A DNA stretch of 64,000 bases from Candidatus Heimdallarchaeota archaeon (GCA_011364965.1 RDOB01000005.1:128001-192000), one strand, 5' to 3'; positions 9,095 through 20,365 are shown, numbered from the stretch's first letter. Made by a program: numbers and translations. The notes: a model not told the origin generated them from the letters alone.

Positions 9095-11164
9095 TCACTT
9101 AAATCCCATTTCTTCAAGTGGTATATTTAATTCTTCAGTTCCAGGTAAACTAAATCTCCCGTCTCTGATGATATCCACAGTCTTTCCATTAGATAAAACA
9201 GCAGCTATAAAGTCAATAGCAGAGAAATCCATCACAATATCCTCATGTTTGTTACTATATGCCTCTGTAGGAGTTTTGTGCCGCAACCGCGACTTTTCAT
9301 TATCCATAGCACAAATGAGTTTCTTGGTGAACTGATTATACATTTTCTGGTCCTCGCTGCGGGAGAAACAGGTGTCTCCAAGAGCAAAATGAGGGCCAGT
9401 TTTCTCTGAAATTAGAATGGGAAGTAAATTGACAATGTCATACTCTCTTGAAACCTTATAGGCAAGAGTATTTGTACCAATGGCAAATTCCCCAATAGGA
9501 AGGGTTTTATGGGGAAATAGGAGGTTTTCCTCAATATATTTCTGATTCTCTTCTTCGGTTTTAAAATTTGTACATGAATAAGCAGAAATATAGCCATCAG
9601 AGAACTCTAGCTGTAAGTTATCGTATCTTAAAGAGTTTTGATAGGTCTCTTCAACATGTAATAATCCTGTGGTTCCATTTAACTGTGGAGCAGTGAATAT
9701 CTCTCCTCCAGGAATATTTACACTCGAACCAGAATTCACAAAGTTCGTGCTCTTGGAAGGATCCTTGAGTTGTTGAAGTTGAATCTTTAGATTAGTTTTG
9801 TTCATTCCTCGGCCTTTGATATGTACATAATCTGCTTGATCAAGGGTATCAATCATGATTTGTTGAATCTTTTCATATTTTTCCGAGTCAAACATGTTGA
9901 TTTTAATTGTTTCTTCAAAGATCTCTTCAAATTGCTCTCCAATTTTAGGAGTCGGAAATGCAACCATGCAGAAAGATGTTTTAGCCTGAGGTATATACTG
10001 ATTTATTAGCTGATGTACTCGCATTTGAAAAGTTTGTTGAAGTTTTTGTTGTTCTGGGGACAATTTCAAGACATCTTTCTTACTTTCAGGACTGAATAAT
10101 GGATCACCGAATTTCTCAATATACATAATCCCGCTATACTTGTCTAATAAATCCTTATTCTCTTCTAAACCATATTGAATTTCTTCAATGCGTTTTTCAA
10201 TATATTCCTCGGAAATATAAAGTGCATTATCGAATTTATGATCGAAATCATATTGTTCATTAATTCGAGTAGAATAAGCGTTGATAATACAAGTTTCTAG
10301 AGGGTGAGGTTGAGATTTGAATTCCTTAATCATCTCACGATAAAGCCTCTCTAAACCAATTTTATAATAAAAGCCAACAGTTTCCTTAATTGTTACATCT
10401 TTGTTATCTCTAACAAATCCCTTGTAATAAGCTCTGATTATTTCTTTTGCAAGGATTTTAAGCTTTTCAACTGGGTAATTCTGCATGAATTTCGCAATCT
10501 TAATTTCATTCTCTGATATATACGTTCCTGATTTGAATAAATATCTTAAATCGTTTAAATCATCTTCTGTAAGAATGTTTGTTAGATACCTAAAATCTGG
10601 ATCATGTTGCTCTTTATAGTTATAATATTCGTCTTCTGGACGTTTTTTTAACATATATCGTGTCATAAGCTCTTTAAGGTGGATAAAATCAACAGGATTA
10701 TTTTTGATATAATCATATACTTCAATATAGAGTGTATTCAAATCCGCCATTTTGTAGATTTTATGAAACGCGGCGTAAGTAATATATTGGCGATAGGATA
10801 GATAAAACCAGGAAAATAACTGCCCTTCCTTTTCTCCGAATATTTTAACGCAATAACTAGGATTAGCATAACTCGAGCTATAATTTTCTGGAAGCAATTC
10901 ACAATAAAAAGCATTATTTAAAGCAAGCAATTCTTCAAAGGACTTTTCCTTGTAATAATTTGGATTCCGAGAATTGTTTTCAAAATCGCATAATTTAATT
11001 ATTAACTGTCTCACACTAATAAGAAATTTCAGATATTCTTTCTTCTCTGAATCATGGGACTCTTCCAGCTGATTTAAAATCTCTTTAATTTTAATAACAG
11101 ACTGTGTATAGGATTCTTCAGCTTCTTTATTGTAAGTACTGTAAAATGAATAGAGATCAAACAA
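9095..11164 (-). CDS. Aminopeptidase, M29 (thermophilic metalloprotease / AmpS-like) family
   Basis: NIPGGEIFTAP, GEFAIGTN, EKTGPHFALGD, HED motifs. Confidence 0.85.
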   Translation of the reverse strand: MFDLYSFYSTYNKEAEESYTQSVIKIKEILNQLEESHDSEKKEYLKFLISVRQLIIKLCDFENNSRNPNYYKEKSFEELLALNNAFYCELLPENYSSSYANPSYCVKIFGEKEGQLFSWFYLSYRQYITYAAFHKIYKMADLNTLYIEVYDYIKNNPVDFIHLKELMTRYMLKKRPEDEYYNYKEQHDPDFRYLTNILTEDDLNDLRYLFKSGTYISENEIKIAKFMQNYPVEKLKILAKEIIRAYYKGFVRDNKDVTIKETVGFYYKIGLERLYREMIKEFKSQPHPLETCIINAYSTRINEQYDFDHKFDNALYISEEYIEKRIEEIQYGLEENKDLLDKYSGIMYIEKFGDPLFSPESKKDVLKLSPEQQKLQQTFQMRVHQLINQYIPQAKTSFCMVAFPTPKIGEQFEEIFEETIKINMFDSEKYEKIQQIMIDTLDQADYVHIKGRGMNKTNLKIQLQQLKDPSKSTNFVNSGSSVNIPGGEIFTAPQLNGTTGLLHVEETYQNSLRYDNLQLEFSDGYISAYSCTNFKTEEENQKYIEENLLFPHKTLPIGEFAIGTNTLAYKVSREYDIVNLLPILISEKTGPHFALGDTCFSRSEDQKMYNQFTKKLICAMDNEKSRLRHKTPTEAYSNKHEDIVMDFSAIDFIAAVLSNGKTVDIIRDGRFSLPGTEELNIPLEEMGFK

Positions 11165-11283
11165 AATACACTCACCAATATTGTACTATGGAAAAAATTG
11201 CCGTTTACGGGACGGGAATTGACGAACCTTTTTCATCTATTATAAACTCATTTAATGTGGCAATCAACCAACATGAAAAAAGG

Positions 11284-12081
11284 TTAGTAAAATTCATCCA
11301 ATAATTGATAAAATTTAATTTTTTGTTGATCAACTATATCTAATCCAAGTTCTTTGAGAAATATCAGCCCCCAGTCTTCACCAAAGTTATAGATAACACT
11401 CCGCAAACATAAAGCAATGTCCTGATGACGATCGCTAACCCCTCCTTTTTCCCAATCAATAAATCCACTAAGCTCACCCTTATCTATTAAAATATTGGGT
11501 AAGCAATAATCTCCATGAGTAAAAACAAGATCCTCTGTTCTAGGTTTTGTACGTAAAAGCTCTTCATAAAGCGACTCAGCCGTACGGCCACGTCGCTGTG
11601 CGTCAAAATTATTTTCATTGACTAATCCTAAATTCATTCTACGTTTTGCATTCTCCATTTCAAAATTTAAGGTTCGATCAAATGGACAGTCAGTTATATC
11701 GACAGAATGAATTAAGTTTAGACCCTTGACCAATATCCTGATAGATTCCTGACGCTCCTCATCATTGGAGCAGATAAATGAGGCTTTTCCTTTAATTCCA
11801 GTAACTAATAGATATTCCTGACTTTGATAGCACTCATATGAAATTACTTGCGGACAAGGTAATTTTCCTTCCAACCACGAAAGAACTTCACTTTCTAATT
11901 TAAGATTAGAACCAATATCACCCAAATTTATCTTCAAATATAAGGAAGTTCTATCTTGGGCTTTAAAATGATATACAACAGTTCTGGTGCCTCCAATGGT
12001 ATCTTTTTCAACAGAATATCCCTTAATATTCTCTTCTAATACACTTCGTACATTAGATGGTAATTCTTGAAAATTAAACAT
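11284..12081 (-). CDS. aph: Aminoglycoside 3'-phosphotransferase-like kinase, APH(3') family
   Basis: LYLK, HSVDITDCPFDR, LVFTHGDYCLPNI, GFIDW, DRHQDIAL, C-terminal YQLLDEFY. Confidence 0.9.
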   Translation of the reverse strand: MFNFQELPSNVRSVLEENIKGYSVEKDTIGGTRTVVYHFKAQDRTSLYLKINLGDIGSNLKLESEVLSWLEGKLPCPQVISYECYQSQEYLLVTGIKGKASFICSNDEERQESIRILVKGLNLIHSVDITDCPFDRTLNFEMENAKRRMNLGLVNENNFDAQRRGRTAESLYEELLRTKPRTEDLVFTHGDYCLPNILIDKGELSGFIDWEKGGVSDRHQDIALCLRSVIYNFGEDWGLIFLKELGLDIVDQQKIKFYQLLDEFY

Positions 12082-12192
12082 AATGCGTCCTCTTACCTAA
12101 GTAATAATCCTTATTGGATGATTAACTTTTATTTTCCGTGAAACAGGCATATTTAAACATTATATAGATGGAGGGTTTAGAGGTGTATAAAA

Positions 12193-12453
12193 TTGACCTT
12201 TGGAGCATCTGCAGCAACAAGCTCTTCGCATTCCAACATTGGTAGTTCATATAGAGTGAAATTTCGGAGAAGTGAATTTTTAGAATTGATAGAAATAGTA
12301 CGACCTTCGATAATCTATCACGTAAAAAGAATGCATTTCTTTGCTCATGATGGGTTCGTAATGTATACTTTTCAGTGTGATGATGAAGATTTCTTCAATT
12401 TTAAGTTGATTCATGCAATAGAATTTACAAATTATCTATGGAAAGAAGAGTAA
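12193..12453 (+). CDS. Small hypothetical protein
   Basis: GAGGTG RBS upstream of the TTG; fills the intergenic space. Confidence 0.6.
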   Translation: MTFGASAATSSSHSNIGSSYRVKFRRSEFLELIEIVRPSIIYHVKRMHFFAHDGFVMYTFQCDDEDFFNFKLIHAIEFTNYLWKEE

Positions 12454-12672
12454 AGGGTTTGGAATCCGTGAATTTGTCAATGGTTCTAAAACAATCCTCA
12501 ATATCTTCTTTTTGTTGTTTAAATAAAATAATCAGCATTATATTTGACCTCATCCATTTGGCTCAATAGCTGAAAGAATAAACTTACTAAACAATTTTTT
12601 TTCCATTTATAATAAGATTAGGAAATATAATTAGAGTAGATAGTCATATTATTTCGCATTAGAGGCTCTAAA

Positions 12673-13944
12673 ATGAATCAAGTGTCTCCACTTTCCTCAA
12701 CGAACACTGAACCCTTCACTCAAGACTTCTTTAGCATGGTTAGTAGTATCATGTACAATAGTTTTGGATTTTTCTTTTTAGACTTCTTAATTCCGTTTGT
12801 AGCAATGATTCTAGATGCATCAGGGGCAGTTATGGGGGTATTATTTGCATTGAGGACTGTGGGGTACTTATTATCCTCTTCATTTGTAGGGATATTAACT
12901 GATCGATATCAAAAAAAGGTGTTAGTGGCTTTTGGCTCAGTAGGGAGAGGTCTATCATATTTTCTGATGTATATTGCTATCATTTTTAGCTCTTTAGACG
13001 GACTAGCTATCGGAACTACTTTCCTTGGGTTTTGCGCAGGATTCTACTGGATACCATTAAATACATTAGTTGCAGAGAAAAGCCATAAAAACAATCGTTC
13101 TCAAGCTTATGGCTATCGAACTTCTGCGCAGGCACGTGGTGAATTATTTGGAGGAATAATAGGATTCAGCTTATTATCAACTGCCTCATCCATGGGATTA
13201 AGTGATGTTATCGCATATGCAGCTTTGCCAATCTTTGGTTTAGCAAATTTCTATGCAGGATATCTCTTTATAGCACGCGTGAACGAATATGATAAGATTA
13301 ACAGTTTAGCTGCTATTGATATTAACATAAAATCTAATAACACAACAAAAATTGGTGAATTGTCGCGATTTTATGTCATTGGATTAATAACGATATTATT
13401 GGTTATGTTTTTAGCCTCTGTTAACGGATCAATTGCTCGTCCCTTTCTCATACCTTATTTTATTGGGCAAATATCAAACGATGCGACAATTGCAACCTTG
13501 GTATATGTTCCCTCGGGGATTGTATCACTATTTCTAGCCACTCGACTAGGACAACTTGCAGACAAGATGAATCCATATCTGGGGATTACTATCGGAAGTT
13601 TTTCTGGCGCTCTAATGACATATTTGTTGATAAATACAAATGATATTATTGTATTCGCTCTATTACTGACTTTTGATGTCACTATTGCCTTAACGACAGG
13701 CTTAGTTCTCATGAATATGATAAGTAGAATCACAGTGGCCCATAGAGGGAAAATATTGGGTTTTCAACAAGCGAGTTCAAATATTGGGAATATAGTCGGA
13801 CCAATATTAGGTGGTATTCTTTGGGATGCGTATTCAGTTTTCACTCCCTTTCTAATTTCAATTGTCGTAGAAATTCTACTCATACCCCTTTATATTATTG
13901 CAGTTCGAGCCTTGACTCCATATTTAGAAGAAACTTATGATTAA
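12673..13944 (+). CDS. MFS transporter
   Basis: About 12 TM helices, GILTDRYQKK motif A, second-half GQLADK. Confidence 0.9.
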   Translation: MNQVSPLSSTNTEPFTQDFFSMVSSIMYNSFGFFFLDFLIPFVAMILDASGAVMGVLFALRTVGYLLSSSFVGILTDRYQKKVLVAFGSVGRGLSYFLMYIAIIFSSLDGLAIGTTFLGFCAGFYWIPLNTLVAEKSHKNNRSQAYGYRTSAQARGELFGGIIGFSLLSTASSMGLSDVIAYAALPIFGLANFYAGYLFIARVNEYDKINSLAAIDINIKSNNTTKIGELSRFYVIGLITILLVMFLASVNGSIARPFLIPYFIGQISNDATIATLVYVPSGIVSLFLATRLGQLADKMNPYLGITIGSFSGALMTYLLINTNDIIVFALLLTFDVTIALTTGLVLMNMISRITVAHRGKILGFQQASSNIGNIVGPILGGILWDAYSVFTPFLISIVVEILLIPLYIIAVRALTPYLEETYD

Positions 13945-14024
13945 GAAAACTGCAAGATAAATCTTTTTTAGTCCAAGCATATTCAAGTTAAATCCCCTTT
14001 ATACATGTTGTTCTACTCTCTCAA

Positions 14025-14426
14025 TTGGAGATTACTCATATGAATAGATTAAAAGTTACAGCAATTTATTCCATAATTGTAGGTACCGCAATGATTCTTA
14101 TGTGGGCTTTTTTCCTAGGAAGTGAAAGTGTTCCTGAATTGAGTATTACACCTTTTGAAATTACTTTTCATATTCTAGCGGAAACTATTACAGCTCTAAC
14201 GTTAATTGTAGGAGGAATTGGATTAATCCGTAAGGCTAGCTGGAGTCGAAGGATCTATTATTTAAGTACTGGTATGCTTTTATATTCAATCATTAGCGAG
14301 GGGTTAGGATATTACATAGAACGCGGAGAACTAGTTATGATTTGTATGTTTTTGATTCTATTAATTTTAACGCTTAGTTTGTTCGGAATGGATGTTTATA
14401 AAGAGAATCAAGTCAAAAACATCTAA
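14025..14426 (+). CDS. Four-TM membrane protein
   Basis: Hydrophobic segments, FHILAE motif, GYY. Confidence 0.7.
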   Translation: MEITHMNRLKVTAIYSIIVGTAMILMWAFFLGSESVPELSITPFEITFHILAETITALTLIVGGIGLIRKASWSRRIYYLSTGMLLYSIISEGLGYYIERGELVMICMFLILLILTLSLFGMDVYKENQVKNI

Positions 14427-15551
14427 TTATTCTTTATCTACCTCATAGGATCTCAGAAGTGAGATTCGAAATCGGAGAAAATCTGATTGTATTGGTGAAA
14501 TCGGTACAGGAAGAATAGAGGGAAGCTTCTGCAAAGTAATCGCTAAAGGTTTAAAACCAAAAGCTGCTCCACTATATAAATCCGCTCTTATCTCTTGTAA
14601 GTATATTCTATATTGAGTGGCAATTGAAAGAAAACCTGAGGCTGAGTAGATTAAAATAACACAAATCCAGAATAGAAATTGTTCTGGGAATCTAAGTGTA
14701 ATATAAAATTTAAAATATACTAGGATTGTGAAATAGCGTAAACTCCTTAATAATCCCTCAAAACCGATAATTATATATTGCTTTTTGATATGATTCCGTT
14801 TTATATGCCCCTTCTCATGACCAAGAACTGCTGCTAGCTCATTTTCAGATAATTTCCAGTTGAAAAATCTTGAGATCAGACAAATATATTTTGTACCTAG
14901 GCTCATTACACCCGCAGAAAGAAATAAAGACGGTATTTGAACATCAGCAAAACGAAATTCATGAATCAATCCCTTATCTGAGAATTTTACCTTTAGCTTA
15001 TCTAAAATATCTGAATTGACTGGTTCTTGAGCTGTAGCTAAAAGCTTCCTCTTAGAATTTAAGGAAAGAATAATCATCACTCCTTGAAAGAATAATGATA
15101 AAGCTACTGCTATCACTAAATAAATCCATAAATCATATTCTCTTTCTAAAATCCTTGAAAGAATGAAAACAAGAAATAATCCAAGGAAAACAAATGAATA
15201 GACTTGACGGATAAGAAAAAGAATTAAATCCCTAATTGATGGAGTAAAATGAAAATAATTAACCTTTAAAGCATAAAACCGAAGTTCACGGTAAGACGTA
15301 AAAAAGAAATATCCTGTAATTATTATTAAAATCAAAGCAAAAATTAATGTAAACAAAAGAACTGAAACTATATCCAAAAGCAAGGAAAATATCGAAATTA
15401 AAAATAATCCCGCAGTCATTGGTAGAAAAACTGTATAACTAAGAGTTATAAAATAATCGCTAAACGGTAAGGGAACTCCTTTTCTATCTTGATTTTTGGA
15501 CGTTTCCATTAAGTGATCAATTCTCCTAGTGCTTAAAAATCTGTGACACAT
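14427..15551 (-). CDS. M48 (HtpX/Ste24-like) membrane zinc metalloprotease
   Basis: LSENELAAVLGHEKGH (HExxH) and EIRAD third ligand; TM helices. Confidence 0.85.
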   Translation of the reverse strand: MCHRFLSTRRIDHLMETSKNQDRKGVPLPFSDYFITLSYTVFLPMTAGLFLISIFSLLLDIVSVLLFTLIFALILIIITGYFFFTSYRELRFYALKVNYFHFTPSIRDLILFLIRQVYSFVFLGLFLVFILSRILEREYDLWIYLVIAVALSLFFQGVMIILSLNSKRKLLATAQEPVNSDILDKLKVKFSDKGLIHEFRFADVQIPSLFLSAGVMSLGTKYICLISRFFNWKLSENELAAVLGHEKGHIKRNHIKKQYIIIGFEGLLRSLRYFTILVYFKFYITLRFPEQFLFWICVILIYSASGFLSIATQYRIYLQEIRADLYSGAAFGFKPLAITLQKLPSILPVPISPIQSDFLRFRISLLRSYEVDKE

Positions 15552-15660
15552 TGATATCGAATTTCAGAGATAAAAATCTCCAAAAACAAATACTTATATC
15601 TTAGAATTGTTACTTTCTGTTTGAATATAATTCTTTTTGTAATAATCCCATAAGGAAGTA

Positions 15661-16713
15661 TTGAAAGTCATGGAAGATCCAATAGAGTCTCTTTCTGAAG
15701 AAACAGGCCCTTCAAAAATGCAAATAAAACTTCTTATTGAACGAATTCGGGTTATTGAAAATCAACAAGCAACTCTTGGTAGCGAATTTCAAGATTTAGA
15801 AAAAAAACAACTCGAAAGCGCAAAACTCCAAGAATTGAAAGTATCGAATTTTTTAACGGAGTTAGAAGGAATAAGAGCTATTCAACCTGAGCTTATGGAT
15901 CTTACAGAGAAAACAAAGAGCATTCCATCGCTTAAAGCTGACCTAGAAGCCATTAATGATCAAATAAATGTTATCAAAACCCATTGCTCGGTTATAGAAG
16001 CTTCAACAAAGGAGTTTGTCCAAAATCAAAATATAGAGATATTGAATAACAGTAAAATGTTCCAAGAAAAAATTGAAGAGTTAAAACAGGTACAAAACGA
16101 ATTGAAATCTAATTTATTGGAAATTCAAGATAATATAAACGAATTAAAATTATTCCAAGAAAATCCCAATCCAATCTTTGAAGTTTTCGAACGTAGAGTA
16201 GCAAATCTTGAAAAACATGTAGGAGTAACCACTGGTGATTTAATTGGTGATACTTATGATAGTGGAGGTGTTTTCAAACAATTAGTCACTGAATTAGTAG
16301 ATAAAGAATACGCTTCTTCTCTTTTAACCGATGAAACCATAACAAATCAAGTACTCACAGTTCGAGCAATAAAACAGATTATTATGAAAATAGCAGGTAT
16401 GGATGCAGCACGGATTCCAGATATTACAGAAATTTTGTTACGGCATGCTTCATCCTCTGGGGATCAATTACAGGCTTCCGATCGTAAAGGCCTTCTTTTA
16501 GCATTCAATACAGATGTTCGGCGGATATGTGAAATAGGACAAGCTGTATTAATGGATATTGGAGTAAAGAGGAATTTCACTAGACGTATCTGCCAAGAAG
16601 CTCATACAGTTGCCGGAAAATGGGATTCGGAAGAGATTATAAAGGGAGATGCGGGTGTAGGAGCTGTACTCGATCTCTTTGATACATTGGAACAGGAATA
16701 TTTGAGTGAGTAG
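15661..16713 (+). CDS. Coiled-coil protein with a globular C-terminus
   Basis: E/Q/K/L-rich heptad pattern over roughly the first 190 aa. Confidence 0.7.
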   Translation: MKVMEDPIESLSEETGPSKMQIKLLIERIRVIENQQATLGSEFQDLEKKQLESAKLQELKVSNFLTELEGIRAIQPELMDLTEKTKSIPSLKADLEAINDQINVIKTHCSVIEASTKEFVQNQNIEILNNSKMFQEKIEELKQVQNELKSNLLEIQDNINELKLFQENPNPIFEVFERRVANLEKHVGVTTGDLIGDTYDSGGVFKQLVTELVDKEYASSLLTDETITNQVLTVRAIKQIIMKIAGMDAARIPDITEILLRHASSSGDQLQASDRKGLLLAFNTDVRRICEIGQAVLMDIGVKRNFTRRICQEAHTVAGKWDSEEIIKGDAGVGAVLDLFDTLEQEYLSE

Positions 16714-16783
16714 ACCTTTAGGATTATTAAAAACCTGAGGAAATAAAAAAAGGGGTTTTTCTATCCTAGTCTCTGGATAGATC

Positions 16784-18562
16784 CTAAAGTTTTTCGAGTT
16801 GGTCAATCATTTCAGAGATGACATCAAAACCTCCTTGCCAAAATTCAGGAGTTCGAATATTAATCCCAGCTTTATCCAAGATTTTCATTGGTGGAGCAGA
16901 TCCTCCAGCAGATAGGATTTCCAAGTATCTGGGAATAAATTGTTTTCCTTCCTTTTTATATTGTTTATACAAAGATAGAACCAGTAATTGACCGAATGAA
17001 TAAGCATATACATAGAAAGGAGTATCAAAAATGTGAGGAATGGAGACCCATTCCCATTTAAATTCATCGCTAACTTCAATAGAATCCCCAAATTGGGTTT
17101 CAAGATTTTTAACGTAAGCTTCATTAAGATTGTCAATAGAAGCATCCTTCATAATCATAACATGAGCTTCCCTTTCGAACAAAGCAAAGTAGATTTGCCT
17201 CATAATCGTTGCGTAAGCTTCAGCTACCTGATGGAATAGAATATCTCGCCTTACTTCAGCATTTTCTTCTTCTACCAATAATTCATCAACTAACAACATT
17301 TCCGAAAAAGTGCTTGCAGTTTCTGCTAAGGGAAGAGTGGAATGAAAATCGAAAACATTATGTTTTTCTGCTAGCATGGCGTGGATAGCATGTCCTAGTT
17401 CATGTGCTAAGGTTTCGATGTCAGATGCTTTTCCATTATAATTGGTTAACACATAAGGAGTCAATACAGGATCTGATGAAGAGCAGAAGGCTCCAGTAAC
17501 TTTCGTAGGTCGAATTTGACTGTCTATATGATTATCAGCGAACACACGTTTTGCTAAGGTTGCTAATTTTGGATTAAATTTGTTAAATGTATTTAACACA
17601 AGATTAACTGCGTAATCATAATCATATTCTTTTGTTGATTCTGTTACAGGAGCATAAATATCATATCGTCTTAACTTGCTTAAATTCAATGATTTCGCTT
17701 TAAGCTTGAAATAGCGTTGGAATACCGAAACATTCTGTTGAGCAACGTTTAATAAAGTATCTACAACCTCATCAGGGATATCATTATGTAAATTTCTCCA
17801 TGAGATTGGAGCTGGATAACCTCGCATCTCTAGATTTTCATTAGCAAAATCTCGAACAAGTATTTGGTATATTTGCCCTAAGATGGGGCCATCCTCCCCA
17901 TACACACGGTATAATTCTTGATAAGCTCGTGATCGAAGATCAGGATCAGCACTTTGAACTAGGGACATTAATTGGCCTCGATTAAGCTTCTTCTTCTCGT
18001 TATCAACTTCCACCTCAAAAGCATACCGATTTGTGATTGTGTTATAGAGTCTCCTGAATGCACTAACTCCAGTAACGTTTTTAACATTAATAATTTTCTC
18101 TTCTGCTTCTTCAAGAGTGAAAGGTTTAAATTTACGAATCTGACGAAGGAAATTGTCATAATTATAGGCTTTAGAGGCGTTAAGGAAAGGAGTAGCTTCT
18201 TCTTCTGATAGGCTTTTCCACCAGAGACTGAAAAATAGCAGCTTATTTTGGATTCCAGCCATAAATTGTTGGGTTTTTGCTTGAAAAGCTTGAGCTGCTT
18301 GGTTTTGAGTATCTTCATAAAACCACAATCCTGCAAATTGGCTCATACGATAAGCTAACCTGCTGAACTTCTCCTGTTTAGTAACAATGTTTAGAAATTC
18401 TTTTATATCCATATCAGGACTGAGCTTCTCCCGATAAGATTCAATTTGTGTCACTTCCTTTTGAAGAATTTCAAAAGCATTCTTCATCTGTTGGCTTTCA
18501 TGACTAGGGAAGAGATCATCCAAGTTCCACCGTGAAGGTAAATATTGGGTCATTTTAATCAC
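16784..18562 (-). CDS. pepF: Oligoendopeptidase F (M3B)
   Basis: WNLDDLF start, GAFC, TLAHELGHAIH, LAETASTF, PHIF..PFYVYAY. Confidence 0.93.
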   Translation of the reverse strand: MIKMTQYLPSRWNLDDLFPSHESQQMKNAFEILQKEVTQIESYREKLSPDMDIKEFLNIVTKQEKFSRLAYRMSQFAGLWFYEDTQNQAAQAFQAKTQQFMAGIQNKLLFFSLWWKSLSEEEATPFLNASKAYNYDNFLRQIRKFKPFTLEEAEEKIINVKNVTGVSAFRRLYNTITNRYAFEVEVDNEKKKLNRGQLMSLVQSADPDLRSRAYQELYRVYGEDGPILGQIYQILVRDFANENLEMRGYPAPISWRNLHNDIPDEVVDTLLNVAQQNVSVFQRYFKLKAKSLNLSKLRRYDIYAPVTESTKEYDYDYAVNLVLNTFNKFNPKLATLAKRVFADNHIDSQIRPTKVTGAFCSSSDPVLTPYVLTNYNGKASDIETLAHELGHAIHAMLAEKHNVFDFHSTLPLAETASTFSEMLLVDELLVEEENAEVRRDILFHQVAEAYATIMRQIYFALFEREAHVMIMKDASIDNLNEAYVKNLETQFGDSIEVSDEFKWEWVSIPHIFDTPFYVYAYSFGQLLVLSLYKQYKKEGKQFIPRYLEILSAGGSAPPMKILDKAGINIRTPEFWQGGFDVISEMIDQLEKL

Positions 18563-18734
18563 TAAATTCCAAGAGTTAATAGGAAATATTTCTAAATTGC
18601 TCCTCTTTTGAATCCCTAATGACTTTTATGTAGATTTTAAGAAAAAGGAATTTTCTCATTAAAAAGGAGAGTCTATCAAAATTAGATTTGTTAAACTTCT
18701 TATTTTTTCATAATCTTGGATCTTTTTTCCCAGT

Positions 18735-20306
18735 TTATTTTTTTTTCTTCCGAATTTGCATTTCTAGTAATTTAAGAATACCAGGTTGTTTTCCTTGGAC
18801 AATTGGTCGATAATTCCACAAAGCATAGAAAGCTCCCGCAAAAGTAGAAGCTGTAAGAAATTCCAGTTTTAAATTTAAAAGATAATCAGGTATATGAAGT
18901 AATACAGCAATACTGTACGATTCGAGTGATAAGTAAAAAGAAATAGATGATACATAAAGAAGAAATAAAACTCTAGAGTATGTTGGAATCATTATTCTCC
19001 GTTCTTTGGGATTAGATTTTTCTGTTGAATTCATAGATCTTGAATCTGGTATACTTATTACTCGAAAAATGCTTATACTAATAATGATAAACATTCCAAA
19101 TAAATCAAGAATGCTCCTAAGCGTTTTTAGACGAGGGGAGTAGAGGATTAATGCGGAAGGTATAGTTTTCAAGAAAATGAATAGTAAACCAAAAAATAAC
19201 AACCAAGGCAGTAAGCCTTTTCGAGAATCAAGATAATCCAATGAAATTTTATTCTGGAGAATTCCAATTACAAGAAAAATATAAAAAACCAGAAATCCAA
19301 AAATAATAATATCGATGGAAATCACAACTCTCGAAAACACGATGTTTGCTGGTAGAGAGAAAATTGTGACAGTAATGGGCATGATTAACACGAAAATTAT
19401 GAACCCAAGCAATGCACGCAATTTTAGTTTCTTTATCATTGTTATTTGAGAAAAATCAATGGAAATGAACATGAAATAAAGAACCACAATTACAATTAAG
19501 AGTAAATTGATATTTACTAGCATCCAATAAAAATTGATTCGAAAAAAGCCAACTTTTTCTAATATGATATCAAAAGGTTGAGTATCAAGAGGATTCGGAC
19601 GATGTTCAGTTGTAATTCCAAAAAGAAAGAATGTCACTCCAATTATTGTAATCGTAAATACTAATTCACATAGCAAAAACGCTATATCTCTTCTTTTGAA
19701 TCCTTTGAATGAATTAGGGTAGTCGTAAGCAATTATATTTAAAATTAAAAACGAACCACTGATGGTTAAAGCAGGTTGAATTAAAAGCCAAAGATATAGA
19801 ATTACAATACCCATGCGATAAGATAATTCATCTAATATTCGGATATCATGAAGTACAATATCAAATGGTGTTACACGACCAATAAAGGACAAAAGGTCTA
19901 AAATAAAGATTATGAAAAATAAACTGGCTCCGATAATGATGTAAACTTTTCTAGTCCCACGAATTGCCTTCAAATTTATTATTTGTTCCCTAAATGGTTT
20001 ATCTTCTCCAATTGTATAAATGAATATACCTAATAATAAAGTAAAATTAAGCAAACGCGATAATTGACCCCAAATATTAGGTTGAATCATATAATGTTCA
20101 ACCTCCAACTCCGTTAAGGGATTTAAAATTATAATATCCGAAATTTCAACAAGAGTGAACTGAATAAATCCAAAAAAAATACTCAAAACGAAACAAATCA
20201 AAAGGAATATCTTGAATGGAGATAAATTCAACTCATTTTGCGAATTCTTAACATAAAGTAGCCTTTGTACTCCTAAGCTCAATGGTTTGAAGAATTCGCG
20301 AAACAT
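18735..20306 (-). CDS. Multi-pass membrane protein, function unknown
   Basis: About 12 hydrophobic segments, no recognised motif. Confidence 0.7.
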   Translation of the reverse strand: MFREFFKPLSLGVQRLLYVKNSQNELNLSPFKIFLLICFVLSIFFGFIQFTLVEISDIIILNPLTELEVEHYMIQPNIWGQLSRLLNFTLLLGIFIYTIGEDKPFREQIINLKAIRGTRKVYIIIGASLFFIIFILDLLSFIGRVTPFDIVLHDIRILDELSYRMGIVILYLWLLIQPALTISGSFLILNIIAYDYPNSFKGFKRRDIAFLLCELVFTITIIGVTFFLFGITTEHRPNPLDTQPFDIILEKVGFFRINFYWMLVNINLLLIVIVVLYFMFISIDFSQITMIKKLKLRALLGFIIFVLIMPITVTIFSLPANIVFSRVVISIDIIIFGFLVFYIFLVIGILQNKISLDYLDSRKGLLPWLLFFGLLFIFLKTIPSALILYSPRLKTLRSILDLFGMFIIISISIFRVISIPDSRSMNSTEKSNPKERRIMIPTYSRVLFLLYVSSISFYLSLESYSIAVLLHIPDYLLNLKLEFLTASTFAGAFYALWNYRPIVQGKQPGILKLLEMQIRKKKK

Positions 20307-20365
20307 ACCCGTTCCTCTATAAAGCTAAATAAGTTCCTTAAAAATCATATTTTACGTGGATTATA

